Shown here one piece after another: positions 41,563 to 51,861 of a DNA stretch of 64,000 bases. Positions within the stretch are counted from its first letter, which is position 1, and the number at the start of each line of letters is the position of its first letter. The notes below the pieces were generated by a model that worked only from the letters and a program-made list of their open reading frames with translations, ran no database searches and had not been told where the DNA came from. This stretch comes from an uncultured Planctomycetaceae bacterium. GTDB taxonomy: Bacteria; Planctomycetota; Planctomycetia; Planctomycetales; Planctomycetaceae. The position numbers and the translations under genes are program-made. The stretch lies in NCBI GenBank assembly GCA_963976765.1, contig CAXBME010000034.1, positions 1 through 64,000 of the forward strand. The letters run 5' to 3'.

Positions 41563-42927
41563 TCAAACAAGCTCGTGAAGTGGCGGAGCGTCTTCTTCGA
41601 GCAGGTATTGTGGTCGACCGTTGTGGTCGTCAATGGTCGTCAGTTTTGGATCAATGCCCAGGTTGTGGTACAGCGTCGAGTAAACTTCGGAATATGTGAC
41701 TGGTCGGGAAACGGCTTCGCCACCGAGTCGATCAGTCGAGCCAATGACTTGTCCGGTTTTCATCCCGCCGCCAGCCATCAGCGCGCAGTTGACTCGTGGC
41801 CAATGATCGCGTCCGACCTGCTTGCTGATAATCGGAGTCCGACCGAATTCGCCCCACACGATCACGGTGCAGTCTTTGTCGAGACCTCGTTCGTGAAGAT
41901 CGCTGACCAGGTTGCTGACGCAGTTGTCGAAAATCGGAAAGTCTTCGGCTTCGCGCTTGAAGATGGTGTTGTAGCTGCCGCCGTGCCAGTCCCACTTGGA
42001 ATAGTTCAACGTAACGACCCTCGCGCCGGCTTCGATCAGACGCCGCGCGACAAGGAGACTTTGCGGCACGCGCGGAGCACCGTTTCCGTCGATGAACTTC
42101 GTCGTGTCGCCGGTTCCGTATCGCGCGACGGCTTCTGGATCTTCTTTCGACAGGTCCAGCGCGTCGGCCAGCTTTGACGAAGTCAGCAGTCCCATCGCCT
42201 GACCAGTAAACGTGTCGATGCCGCGCATCATGCCACTGGCGTCGACGTCGCGACGGAAGTTGTCGACGCTTTTCAGCAACGCCTGGCGGTCCCCCAGCCG
42301 CTCGACGGTGACACCGTTCAGAATCATGTCGTCCTTTGTCGGTCCCATCGGTCGGAAGGGCGAGTAGGACGCTCCCAGAAAGCCAGGTCCAGGCTCGTTG
42401 TACGGGCCGTGGGTGCACGGGTAACAAAGACTGACGAACGGTGGAGCAGCCGCGCCGGTGGCTCCCTGAACTTTGGCCACGCACGATCCGAACTGAGGCC
42501 ATCCTCCGCTGGGCTTTGGCTTCCTCGGGTTGTGCCCGTTGAAAACCTGAATGGCATCGTGGCCGGCCTGTGAACCGATGATCGATCGAATCGTCACCAG
42601 CTTGTCAGCCATGCCGGCCAGCTTTGGAAGTGCTTCGCAGATTTCCATGCCCGGCACGCTGGTGGCGATCGGTTGCCACGGTCCCGCGACTTCTTTGGGA
42701 GCGTTCGGTTTCAAGTCGAACAGATCCTGGTGCGGAGGCCCTCCGACCAGGTAGATCATGATTACCGACTTGTTCGAACTGCCGTTCCCGGACGCCGCAT
42801 CGGCTCGAAGCAGGCCGGGCAGAGTCAGTCCCGCTCCGCCGAGCGCGCCGATCTGCAGAAAGTTGCGTCGGGAAATCCCATCACAAAACGATTTACCGCG
42901 TTCGCGTCGTCCAGCCAGTGTCAGCAT
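41563..42927 (-). CDS. DUF1501 protein (Tat-exported)
   Basis: SRRNFL, GGPPHQDLFDLKP, ARRLIEAG, WDWH, WGEFGRTP, GRDHWP. Confidence 0.9.
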   Translation of the reverse strand: MLTLAGRRERGKSFCDGISRRNFLQIGALGGAGLTLPGLLRADAASGNGSSNKSVIMIYLVGGPPHQDLFDLKPNAPKEVAGPWQPIATSVPGMEICEALPKLAGMADKLVTIRSIIGSQAGHDAIQVFNGHNPRKPKPSGGWPQFGSCVAKVQGATGAAAPPFVSLCYPCTHGPYNEPGPGFLGASYSPFRPMGPTKDDMILNGVTVERLGDRQALLKSVDNFRRDVDASGMMRGIDTFTGQAMGLLTSSKLADALDLSKEDPEAVARYGTGDTTKFIDGNGAPRVPQSLLVARRLIEAGARVVTLNYSKWDWHGGSYNTIFKREAEDFPIFDNCVSNLVSDLHERGLDKDCTVIVWGEFGRTPIISKQVGRDHWPRVNCALMAGGGMKTGQVIGSTDRLGGEAVSRPVTYSEVYSTLYHNLGIDPKLTTIDDHNGRPQYLLEEDAPPLHELV

Positions 42928-43387
42928 TTTGAATTCCTCGCCAGCGAAAAATCGAGGCCATGTCTGTGACAGTCGTGAATTACTAAGCCGAGGATCGTAT
43001 CACAGAACTTTGATCGGTTGCAGGCCGGCTTTGAATTGAGCCGCGATCTCAGTTCGAGATTGCAGCCGAGTTACGCTCTCAAGGCGTCATCCAAAGATCA
43101 AAGTTCGTCGCGACACCTCAGCACATATCACGTGGCTGGAAGACTGAAAATTGAAAACTTACGCAAAGCCGCTAAGTCGCAGAGGCACGCAAAGTGCGTT
43201 TGCTGTTTTCATGGCGGTGCTTCGCGCCTCAGCGTCAGATGAAAGATTTTTACGAATTACAGGACCGGCATTTCGGGCGTCCCTGAATCAGCTCTTCGGC
43301 TGACGGACTGCGCGCGAGTTCCTATCCTGAACGTTGTTTGACTGACTTATCAGACACGGAATTTCGTCCTGTTGAAAGTGCGAACCG

Positions 43388-46300
43388 ATGCAACGACCCT
43401 TGCCTGAAATCCCGTTTCGAAATTTCACCGCGACTGTTGCGGCGGCGTTCCTGCTTCTTGTGTTGCGTGCAGATTTCCAGGCAGCCGATGCGGCGGAACC
43501 GGAGTTTGCTCCGGACACTGCCGGATTTCAGAAAATCGTCGAGCCGTTCTTCAGGCTGCACTGCGTCAGGTGTCATGGGCCGAAAGAGGCCGAAGGCGAG
43601 TTCCGGGTCGATACGCAGGTGAGTGCCGACTTTCTGGATGTGGTCGTCAAGGGGCGCTGGGGTGAGGTCGTCAACGTTCTGAACAGCCACGAGATGCCAC
43701 CTGAGGACGAGCCGCAGCCCAGCCAGGAATCCGTCGCGGAAGTTGTCGACTGGATAACTCGGCAGATGGCGCGAGCCGAGTTGCACCGCCGGGATTCGGC
43801 CATCGTCCTGCGACGAATGAACCGGTCGGAATACCGCAACACGATCCGTGATCTCGTCGGCGTCGATTTCGATCCGTCGAGGTTTCCGCAGGATCCACCG
43901 ACCGGAGGCTTTGACAACAACGGCGGCGCGTTGACGCTCTCGCCGCTTCACCTGGAGCTTTACTACCAGGCCGCTCGGGAAATTTTTGATCTTGCTCTGG
44001 TCGAAGGTCCGCAGCCAGCCAGTCTCCGCTGGCGATTCGAACCAGAGTCTGGAGACTCGGATTCCAACCGAGTCACTTACGATGGGCAGCGGTTGATCGT
44101 CAACGGCGGAAAGAACCGAGCTGAGAACGGCTTCCGCGTCATGCATCACGAAAGCTGGGATCGTAAACTGAACGCTCGTGATTTTGCTCTCCCTTACGAA
44201 GGAGAATACATCATCCGGATTCGTGCCGGTGGACGAGTGCCGACGCGCAACGAAGTCGTCGAGTCAGCTCGCGGCTTTCTGGATCATCGTCGCGACGAGC
44301 AGTTGCAGAAGAACCCCGCCGGTAAGAAGTGGCTCGACGAGCAGTTTGAACGCGACCTCGACCACTTCCGCACGGACCGCATGTACGACTACGGGCCGCC
44401 GCGTCTGAAACTGATCGTCAACCTTGCGGGACAGCCGATCGTTGTGGGCGAAGTTGATGTCGATGCTCCGGTCAATGCTCCGCGGCTTTACGAAATGCGG
44501 ACGCGGATGACGACCTGGAAGGCGGGCATCACCGTCGATTATGCCTACAGCGTGCCGAAGGAACTTGAAAACTTCTGGATGCAGGGGCACGACAATTTCA
44601 AACGGCCTGAATTATGGGTCGACTGGTTTGAACTCGAAGGCCCGGTCTACGACGAGTGGCCTCCAGCCAGTCACCGGCAGATTCTGGTCGACTCGCCTCT
44701 GGCCGGACGTGACGAACGCGGCTATGCCCGAGCCGTCCTTCAGCGATTCATGAAGCGAGCTTACAGACGCCCGGTCAGCGATGCGGAAGTTGACAGCAAG
44801 CTCGCTCTTTTTGACCTCGTCAGGTCGGACGCGCCTTCCTTCGAAGAAGCGATCAAGACGCCTCTCAGCGCGGTTCTGGTCTCGCCGCATTTTCTTTACC
44901 TGGCAGAACCATCGATCAGTAGCCAGCCGCTCGCCGAACTGAATGATGCGGCATCGAATCGCGACCTGCTCGATGCCTACGAACGCGTACAGAGTCTCGG
45001 CTATCCGATCCATGCTCAGGTGCGCAATGTATCATCGGAAACGTCACCGTTTACCGACGCCGAAACGAAACTGTTCCGACAGTTCGTTGACAATCGAGGG
45101 CGCAAGGTGCGAGGCCGAGTCGCGGGGCTCGACGGGCTGAAAGTTAAACTCGAACAAACCGACGGTACGTTTTTTCTGGTCCCGCTTCGCGATTTCACAG
45201 CACGCGACAGGGCGTTGATCCGTGCTCTTGCCAAAGCTCTGGAGCAGTCTGTTCCTGCTTCAACTTCCACCGAAATGGTTGACGCACCTTCTCCACAGTC
45301 TTTGCCTGCAACTCGATCAACAACCGCAGCAGTGGCGACATCTCGACCGTCTACACCGGCTGAGGCATCCAATCGAGTCTCGACCTCGTCGTCATCTGCA
45401 GGCCGCCGGCTTAACTCCTACGAGCTGGCGAGCCGCCTGTCGTACTTTCTGTGGAGCACGATGCCGGATGATACGCTGTTTGATCTTGCCGAATCGGGAC
45501 GTCTGACCGAGTCGGACGTAATTGCTCAGCAGGTCGATCGAATGTTGAAAGACGACCGCGCAACAGCCTTCGTCGACAACTTTGCCGGACAATGGCTGAG
45601 CCTGCGTGAAGTCGGCTCCAACCCGCCAGCCAGTGATCTTTACCCTCGCTACGACCGGCACCTTGAGGTTTCGATCGTCGACGAGTCCAAAGCGTTCTTC
45701 GCCGAGATTCTCAACAGCGATCTGGACCTGATGAATTTCGTGAAGTCGGACTTCGTGGTGATTAACGAACGTCTGGCCCGCTACTACGGAATCTCCGGCG
45801 TGAAGGGAGACCATTTTCGCCGGGTCGCCGTTCCCAGCGGAGTTCATCGAGGTGGCATCGTTACCCAGGCTTCGATTCTTTCAGTCACTTCCAACGGAAC
45901 TCGGACGTCGCCTGTAAAACGCGGGACGTGGGTGATGAAGAATCTGCTGGGTATCGATCCGGGACTTCCAGTCGCTAACGCGGGAGATATCGCGCCGAAG
46001 GTTCCAGGACTCGACAAAGCGACCGTACGGCAGCGTTTGGAAATTCATCGATCACTACCGCAATGCGCACGCTGCCACAACAAGATCGACCCGCTTGGGT
46101 TTGCTCTGGAAAACTTTAACGCTGCCGGTGACTGGCGCGACCAGGAAGGATTCGGCTACAAGGGGCGGATTGGAAAGAATGACCCGGCGATTGACGCTTC
46201 CGCAAAGATGATCGACGGCACGGAGTTCGTCGGCGTAGAAGGCTTGCAGAATGCTCTTCTTCAAAAAGAAGGTCTGTTTCTGAACTGCCTGGCCGGAAAA

Positions 46301-46447
46301 CTTTTCACTTACGCCCTGGGCCGCGAACTTGGCGTCGCCGATCAGTTGCACGTCAACGACGCCGTTGATCACCTTTCCTCAAATGACCGTACAATGAAAA
46401 CACTGATCAAGTACGTGGCAACGTCCGAACCATTTCTCTCCAGGTAA
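43388..46447 (+). CDS. Planctomycete cytochrome c + DUF1587/1595/1592/1588/1585 protein with SHD1-like insertion
   Basis: CVRCH..EMPP, RRMNRSEYRNT, RAYRRP, ELASRLSYFLWSTMPD, TSPVKRG, CARCH..DPLGFALE, YALGR. Confidence 0.88.
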   Translation: MQRPLPEIPFRNFTATVAAAFLLLVLRADFQAADAAEPEFAPDTAGFQKIVEPFFRLHCVRCHGPKEAEGEFRVDTQVSADFLDVVVKGRWGEVVNVLNSHEMPPEDEPQPSQESVAEVVDWITRQMARAELHRRDSAIVLRRMNRSEYRNTIRDLVGVDFDPSRFPQDPPTGGFDNNGGALTLSPLHLELYYQAAREIFDLALVEGPQPASLRWRFEPESGDSDSNRVTYDGQRLIVNGGKNRAENGFRVMHHESWDRKLNARDFALPYEGEYIIRIRAGGRVPTRNEVVESARGFLDHRRDEQLQKNPAGKKWLDEQFERDLDHFRTDRMYDYGPPRLKLIVNLAGQPIVVGEVDVDAPVNAPRLYEMRTRMTTWKAGITVDYAYSVPKELENFWMQGHDNFKRPELWVDWFELEGPVYDEWPPASHRQILVDSPLAGRDERGYARAVLQRFMKRAYRRPVSDAEVDSKLALFDLVRSDAPSFEEAIKTPLSAVLVSPHFLYLAEPSISSQPLAELNDAASNRDLLDAYERVQSLGYPIHAQVRNVSSETSPFTDAETKLFRQFVDNRGRKVRGRVAGLDGLKVKLEQTDGTFFLVPLRDFTARDRALIRALAKALEQSVPASTSTEMVDAPSPQSLPATRSTTAAVATSRPSTPAEASNRVSTSSSSAGRRLNSYELASRLSYFLWSTMPDDTLFDLAESGRLTESDVIAQQVDRMLKDDRATAFVDNFAGQWLSLREVGSNPPASDLYPRYDRHLEVSIVDESKAFFAEILNSDLDLMNFVKSDFVVINERLARYYGISGVKGDHFRRVAVPSGVHRGGIVTQASILSVTSNGTRTSPVKRGTWVMKNLLGIDPGLPVANAGDIAPKVPGLDKATVRQRLEIHRSLPQCARCHNKIDPLGFALENFNAAGDWRDQEGFGYKGRIGKNDPAIDASAKMIDGTEFVGVEGLQNALLQKEGLFLNCLAGKLFTYALGRELGVADQLHVNDAVDHLSSNDRTMKTLIKYVATSEPFLSR

Positions 46448-46552
46448 CGAAATTTTCTTCCCAGGCCAGGGCTGATTCTTGCCCGTCGATGGGGAATTGC
46501 CCTGCGACGATTCAAGAACACGTTTCCCACTGATCCCAAAGGATGACCTCTG

Positions 46553-48334
46553 ATGAGATTACTGTTGAGTATTCTGGCGGTGCTGACCGCTGTTTCCGGA
46601 CTTGCTGAGATTCGAGCCGCCGACAAGCCGAACATCGTGATTGTCATTACCGACGATCAAGGCTACGGCGACCTGAGCTGCCACGGAAATCCAACACTGA
46701 AAACGCCGAACATCGACAAGCTGCACTCAGAGTCGGTGCGGCTGCTCGACTATCACGTCGCACCAACCTGCTCCCCGACGCGGGCCGCGTTTCTGACCGG
46801 ACACTGGACGAACCGAACGGGCGTCTGGCACACAATCATGGGTCGGTCGATGCTCCGGGAAAACGAAGTGACGATGGGGCAGATTTTCAAAGACGCTGGC
46901 TACTCAACCGGGATGTTCGGCAAGTGGCACCTGGGTGATAACTATCCGTTTCGTCCTGAAGACCGCGGCTTTGACGAAGTCATGCGTCACGGCGGCGGGG
47001 GAGTCGGCCAGACTCCCGACTTCTGGGACAACGCCTATTTCGACGGCAGCTATTTTCACAATTCGAAGCCGGAATCGGTCAAAGGCTTCTGCACGGACGT
47101 CTGGTTTGATTACGCAAAGAAGTTTATCAAGTCTCAGAAGAAGGCGGGAAAGCCGTTTCTGACGTACATCTCGACGAACGCTCCGCACGGTCCGATGCAC
47201 GCTCCAGCTGAGTTCTCGAAACCGTACGAGCACCTCGGAGTCGGAACCGCCAACTTCTTTGGCATGATCGCCAACATCGATCGCAACGTAGGATTGCTGC
47301 GTTCTTTCCTGGCCGACGAAGGCCTGGCCGAAAACACGATTTTCATTTTCACGACAGACAACGGAACTTCCAGTGGCGACAAGGTCTTCAACGCCGGCAT
47401 GCGAGGCAAGAAAGGCAGCCCGTACGACGGCGGTCACCGCGTACCATTCTTCATGCACTGGCCGAACGGCAATCTGACCGAAGGTCGCGATGTGAAACCA
47501 ATCACCGCGTACGTTGATGTTGTTCCCACGCTGATCGATCTGTGCAAAGTTCCGGCTCCGGAAGGCGTCAAATTTGACGGCACGTCGATCAGGTCGCTGC
47601 TCTACGGGGGCGACGAGGAAGCATGGCCGGACCGGATTCTGGTGACCGACTCACAACGAGTGAAAGATCCCATCAAGTGGCGGCAGAGTGCCGTGATGAC
47701 CTCACGCTGGAGGCTGAACAACGGCAAAGAACTTTACGACATGAACGTTGACCCCGGTCAGGAAAAAAACGTCGCGAAGTCACATCCGGAAGTCGTCGAG
47801 CGACTCACAAACTTCTACGAGGAATGGTGGGCCGAGCTGCTGCCGACGTTCAAGCAGGACGTCGCCATTCATCTCGGTGCTGAGGGTGGCAATCCCGCGA
47901 CTCTGACTTGTCACGACTGGATTACGACAGGATCAACTCCGTGGAACCAGTCTCATGTCCGCATGGCTCAAAACTCGAAATCGGTAACCGGCTTCTGGAA
48001 TGTAGACGTCGTCAAAGATGGCAGTTACGAAGTACGAGTTCGTCGATGGCCAGTCGAATCCGACGCTGCGATCGATCAGGCACTTCCGCCGGGGGCCGCC
48101 GTTCCTGGCCAGACGCCGTTCAGGGCTACGCCTGGTAAACCTGTTCCTGCCGTCAGAGCAACGCTGACAATCGGTGACGAAACCTGGAAATCTGACGAGA
48201 TCGAATCCGGAGATCACGAAACGGTGTTCAATGTCTCGTTGAAGGCAGGCAGGACTCGCATGAGCACCTTGTTCATCACAGCCGACGGCACCGAGTACGG
48301 TGGCTACTACGCCTACGTCACGCGGCTGAACTAG
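46553..48334 (+). CDS. Arylsulfatase
   Basis: TDDQGYGD, CSPTRAAFLTG, GKWHLG, PHGP, TDNG. Confidence 0.93.
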   Translation: MRLLLSILAVLTAVSGLAEIRAADKPNIVIVITDDQGYGDLSCHGNPTLKTPNIDKLHSESVRLLDYHVAPTCSPTRAAFLTGHWTNRTGVWHTIMGRSMLRENEVTMGQIFKDAGYSTGMFGKWHLGDNYPFRPEDRGFDEVMRHGGGGVGQTPDFWDNAYFDGSYFHNSKPESVKGFCTDVWFDYAKKFIKSQKKAGKPFLTYISTNAPHGPMHAPAEFSKPYEHLGVGTANFFGMIANIDRNVGLLRSFLADEGLAENTIFIFTTDNGTSSGDKVFNAGMRGKKGSPYDGGHRVPFFMHWPNGNLTEGRDVKPITAYVDVVPTLIDLCKVPAPEGVKFDGTSIRSLLYGGDEEAWPDRILVTDSQRVKDPIKWRQSAVMTSRWRLNNGKELYDMNVDPGQEKNVAKSHPEVVERLTNFYEEWWAELLPTFKQDVAIHLGAEGGNPATLTCHDWITTGSTPWNQSHVRMAQNSKSVTGFWNVDVVKDGSYEVRVRRWPVESDAAIDQALPPGAAVPGQTPFRATPGKPVPAVRATLTIGDETWKSDEIESGDHETVFNVSLKAGRTRMSTLFITADGTEYGGYYAYVTRLN

Positions 48335-48363
48335 AGCAGTCAGTCCGTTTGCGGTTAAGAATC

Positions 48364-48400
48364 GAAAACGGTCTGGTCAATTTGACCGGGCCGTTTTTTT
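48364..48400 (+). terminator. Rho-independent (possibly bidirectional) terminator
   Basis: gaaaacggtctggtca-att-tgaccgggccgttttttt. Confidence 0.88.
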
Positions 48401-48492
48401 GTGGGCCGATGTCAAAGCAACCCAAACTCTCAAGAGCTGTGGTTCAGAAATCGAGGCATCCCACCGGGATGCTGCGTCGCTGGAATTCCTGA

Positions 48493-48768
48493 TCAGCCTC
48501 CTGAGGCGATTACTATGAAGGTCAGACGATCACCGCTGCGAAGTCGGCGATTCAACGATCCCTGCAGTGGCAGCTTCTCTTCGTTCAGAAATGCCGGCAC
48601 GTATGGATAGAAGTGTCGATTTGCGTCGACCAGCCGCTTCTGCAGATCAGGGTAGGTTTCAAACAGGCTCGACAGTGCGGCATCGATTGACCCGACATCC
48701 ACTTCAATTTGCGTTTTACCGTCTGAGTACTTCGCGAGTTCGTCCGGGATCAAAATCGAAACAGACAT
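48493..48768 (-). CDS. MoaD/ThiS family sulfur carrier
   Basis: 91 aa ubiquitin-like pattern, C-terminal ASGG. Confidence 0.88.
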   Translation of the reverse strand: MSVSILIPDELAKYSDGKTQIEVDVGSIDAALSSLFETYPDLQKRLVDANRHFYPYVPAFLNEEKLPLQGSLNRRLRSGDRLTFIVIASGG

Positions 48769-48926
48769 CGATAGCTTTCAGGTTTACGGATGACGACTCA
48801 GGTGCTGACAGCGTTTTTTCGCGAGAAGGCTGCCGACTGGCAAGGCGGATTCAAGCACCGATAGAATCGAACCCTTTGTAAGTTATCCGCGGAATATGAG
48901 CACCGCCTCCAACGGAAAGTGTCGGC

Positions 48927-49886
48927 ATGCCGAAGGTCAACGCTGTTGCGAAGAAGATCATCGCCAATGTTGAGAAGGTGATTATCGGAAAACGTCAGGA
49001 AGTCATTCTGGCTTTGATGTCAACTTTCGCTGAGGGGCACATTCTTCTCGAAGACGTTCCAGGCGTAGCGAAGACGATGCTGGCTCGAGCGTTGTCGGTG
49101 AGTTTCGGGTGTGATTTCAAACGAATTCAGTGCACTCCCGATTTGTTGCCGAGTGATATCACCGGAGCGTCAATCTTCAATCCGAAGACGACCGAGTTTG
49201 AATTCCGGGCGGGGCCGCTGTTTACATCAATTCTGCTGGCAGACGAGATCAACCGAACGACCCCCAGGACTCAGGCCGCGCTGCTTGAGGCCATGGCGGA
49301 ACGTCGCGTTTCAGTCGACGGCGAAACTTACCTGCTCGACCGCCCCTTCCTGGTCATTGCGACGCAGAATCCCGTTGATCAGGAAGGGACGTTTCCTTTG
49401 CCGGAAGCACAACTCGACCGATTCCTGATTCGATTAAGCCTTGGTTACCCCGGTCGCGAGCAGGAAGCAGAAATGCTCGGACGCATGCACACGGCGCATC
49501 CGATTGACACTCTTGAACCGGTCGTGACGGCGGAAGAAATTGTTGCCTGTCAGAATGCCTGCCGCGAAGTAAAGGTTGACCCAAAAGTTCGCAGCTACAT
49601 TCTCGACCTTGTCTACGCAACACGCGAACACGACGACATTCTGCTCGGTGGGAGCCCGCGAGCATCCATCGCGCTGTATCGTTCCTCACAGGCGCTGGCC
49701 GCCATTCGAGGCAACGCGTTTGTGCTGCCCGATGATGTGAAGCGAGTGGCTCCGGCCGTTCTGGCTCATCGCATCATTGTTCGTCCGGAAAGCCGATTGC
49801 GGCGAATCACGGCGGCCAGCATCATCGAAGAAATCCTCAATGAATCATCTGTCCCGACGATGAAGGAAGGCGCTGACATCCTATGA
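48927..49886 (+). CDS. MoxR family AAA+ ATPase
   Basis: EDVPGVAKT, RIQCTPDLLPSD, DEINR, ATQNP, PLPEAQLDRF, GSPR. Confidence 0.95.
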   Translation: MPKVNAVAKKIIANVEKVIIGKRQEVILALMSTFAEGHILLEDVPGVAKTMLARALSVSFGCDFKRIQCTPDLLPSDITGASIFNPKTTEFEFRAGPLFTSILLADEINRTTPRTQAALLEAMAERRVSVDGETYLLDRPFLVIATQNPVDQEGTFPLPEAQLDRFLIRLSLGYPGREQEAEMLGRMHTAHPIDTLEPVVTAEEIVACQNACREVKVDPKVRSYILDLVYATREHDDILLGGSPRASIALYRSSQALAAIRGNAFVLPDDVKRVAPAVLAHRIIVRPESRLRRITAASIIEEILNESSVPTMKEGADIL

Positions 49887-51235
49887 GATGGCTGCTTGGT
49901 GCCATTTTTCTGCTGATTATCGGGATTGTTTTCCAGCTTGGACTTCTCGTGTACTCGATGTACGCCCTGCTGGGTGTCATCCTGCTGAGCCGATGGCTCG
50001 CTCGGCATTGGATTGAGAATGTCGCCGCTTATCGGGAAAGCAGTCGACACACGGTCGAGATTGGTGAACGGGTTGCTGTGATCGTCGACCTGTCCAACAG
50101 CTCCGGAATTCCGATTCCGTGGCTGCTGGTTGAAGACTCGCTGCCGCTGGACGCTCTGTCCTGCAAACCACCGAAGCTCAATGTCGACGGACGCCGCGTC
50201 GCGCTGATTCAGATGGGGCCCAACGGAAAGAAGTCGATTCGTTATCAACTCAATTTTGCGACACGCGGCTACTATCAGATCGGGCCGTTAATGCTGGAAA
50301 GTGGCGACCTGTTTGGGCTCCATCGACGATTCAAAGTTGTCACCGAACCTCACTTCGTGATGGTCTATCCGAAAGTGATTCCGCTTTCCGGTTACGACCT
50401 GTCGTCGCGCCGTCCGATTGGCGAAATTCGTATGGCTCATCGGCTGTTCGAGGACCCGACGCGACTTGCCGGTGTCCGCGAATATCAACGCGGCGACTCG
50501 TTTAACCGGATCCACTGGAAAGCGACGGCCAGCACCGGCAAGCTGCACAGTCGGATCTACGATCCTTCAACCGTCGCCGGCGCAACGATCATTCTCGACT
50601 TTCACAGAGACATGTATCCGGCCCAGGGAGAACCGCACCGGTCGGAACTTGCGATTACAACGGTGGCCTCACTTGCCAATGCCGTATGTCAGATGGGCCA
50701 GCAGATTGGGCTCGTGACAAATGGCAGAGACGCGGTCGACAGAATCCGGGAAGAAGGCTGGAAACGCGATTTCAGAACGCGGAACGATGCCCGACAAAGC
50801 GTCGGTATGTCGTCGTCAAGCGACCGGCTGCGACCGGTGATCGTTGAAACTCAGCGCGGCTACGAACAGTTTCAGCGCATTCGAGAATCGCTCGCACGGC
50901 TTGAACTGACGGACGGATTATCGTTTGCCGAGCTTCTCATGGAAGCTGCCAGTCGACTGCCACGAGACGCCACCGTCGTCGCCGTACTCGGTGATGTCAC
51001 CACCGAGACGGCAATCTCGCTGGGGAATATGCGACGCAACGGTTTTGCGGTTTACGCAATCGTCGTTCTGCAGAGCGGCGAAACGTCGCTGGGAAGCGCC
51101 GACGGCACTCGATTCCTGGATTCCGACGGCATGATCGACAAGATCGGTCGGTTGATTGCTGAAGGAATCAACGTCCGTCACATCGACAATGAGGCTGCAA
51201 TCTCCGACCTGTGCTCGGAGCAGCTCATCCGGTGA
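49883..51235 (+). CDS. DUF58 protein
   Basis: RGYYQIGP, DLFGL, VREYQRGDSFNRIHWKATA; ATGA overlap with MoxR. Confidence 0.92.
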   Translation: MRWLLGAIFLLIIGIVFQLGLLVYSMYALLGVILLSRWLARHWIENVAAYRESSRHTVEIGERVAVIVDLSNSSGIPIPWLLVEDSLPLDALSCKPPKLNVDGRRVALIQMGPNGKKSIRYQLNFATRGYYQIGPLMLESGDLFGLHRRFKVVTEPHFVMVYPKVIPLSGYDLSSRRPIGEIRMAHRLFEDPTRLAGVREYQRGDSFNRIHWKATASTGKLHSRIYDPSTVAGATIILDFHRDMYPAQGEPHRSELAITTVASLANAVCQMGQQIGLVTNGRDAVDRIREEGWKRDFRTRNDARQSVGMSSSSDRLRPVIVETQRGYEQFQRIRESLARLELTDGLSFAELLMEAASRLPRDATVVAVLGDVTTETAISLGNMRRNGFAVYAIVVLQSGETSLGSADGTRFLDSDGMIDKIGRLIAEGINVRHIDNEAAISDLCSEQLIR

Positions 51236-51323
51236 CGTGACGTTTGACTGAAGTCGGTCGTCTGACAGAAGTCAGTTGCAGGATGCTTCACGCGCCCCGC
51301 TCGTAGTTGCCGTCCCGCCAGAA

Positions 51324-51521
51324 CTACTTAACGACCAGCTCGCGGGCCAGTGATCTGGCGGCTTTGTAGGCGTGCCGCATCACGAACAGCCGGGTTTCGA
51401 TCTGCTCTTCCGAGAAGTACTTGCCGAGTTCACTTTGTGGCAAGCCGGCAAGCGCCAAAGTCAGAGGCATCAGATCGAGAAACTCTTTGTAACGTCGTTG
51501 GGTTTCCTGGGGGTCAGACAT
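51324..51521 (-). CDS. Small hypothetical protein
   Basis: GGAG RBS, 65 aa amphipathic helical sequence, fills an otherwise empty gap. Confidence 0.65.
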   Translation of the reverse strand: MSDPQETQRRYKEFLDLMPLTLALAGLPQSELGKYFSEEQIETRLFVMRHAYKAARSLARELVVK

Positions 51522-51861
51522 TTCGTGGCTCCAATAGTCGGCTTCTCTGTCAGGTACAAAGATCGGCTCGAATTGATCGAGTGCTGCGTCAGCATTTCGG
51601 ATGTACGCGCGAGACGCAGTTTAATCAGGATTGCTGCCAATCCCATCCGGAATCGAAAAATTCCAGAGTGACGAGGAGTCGACGCCCACGACTCAAATCG
51701 TCGTTCGCGCGACGCCAGTTGGCAGACCGGAGTTCCGCTGGTGAAGACGCACTGGTCGAAACTGATTCGGCTCAGAAGCCAGGTCGCACGGGCGTTCCGT
51801 AATGGTGCAGCCGTCGATAACAGTTCGAATCATTCACCGTTCGACTGAATGATCTTCGAGC

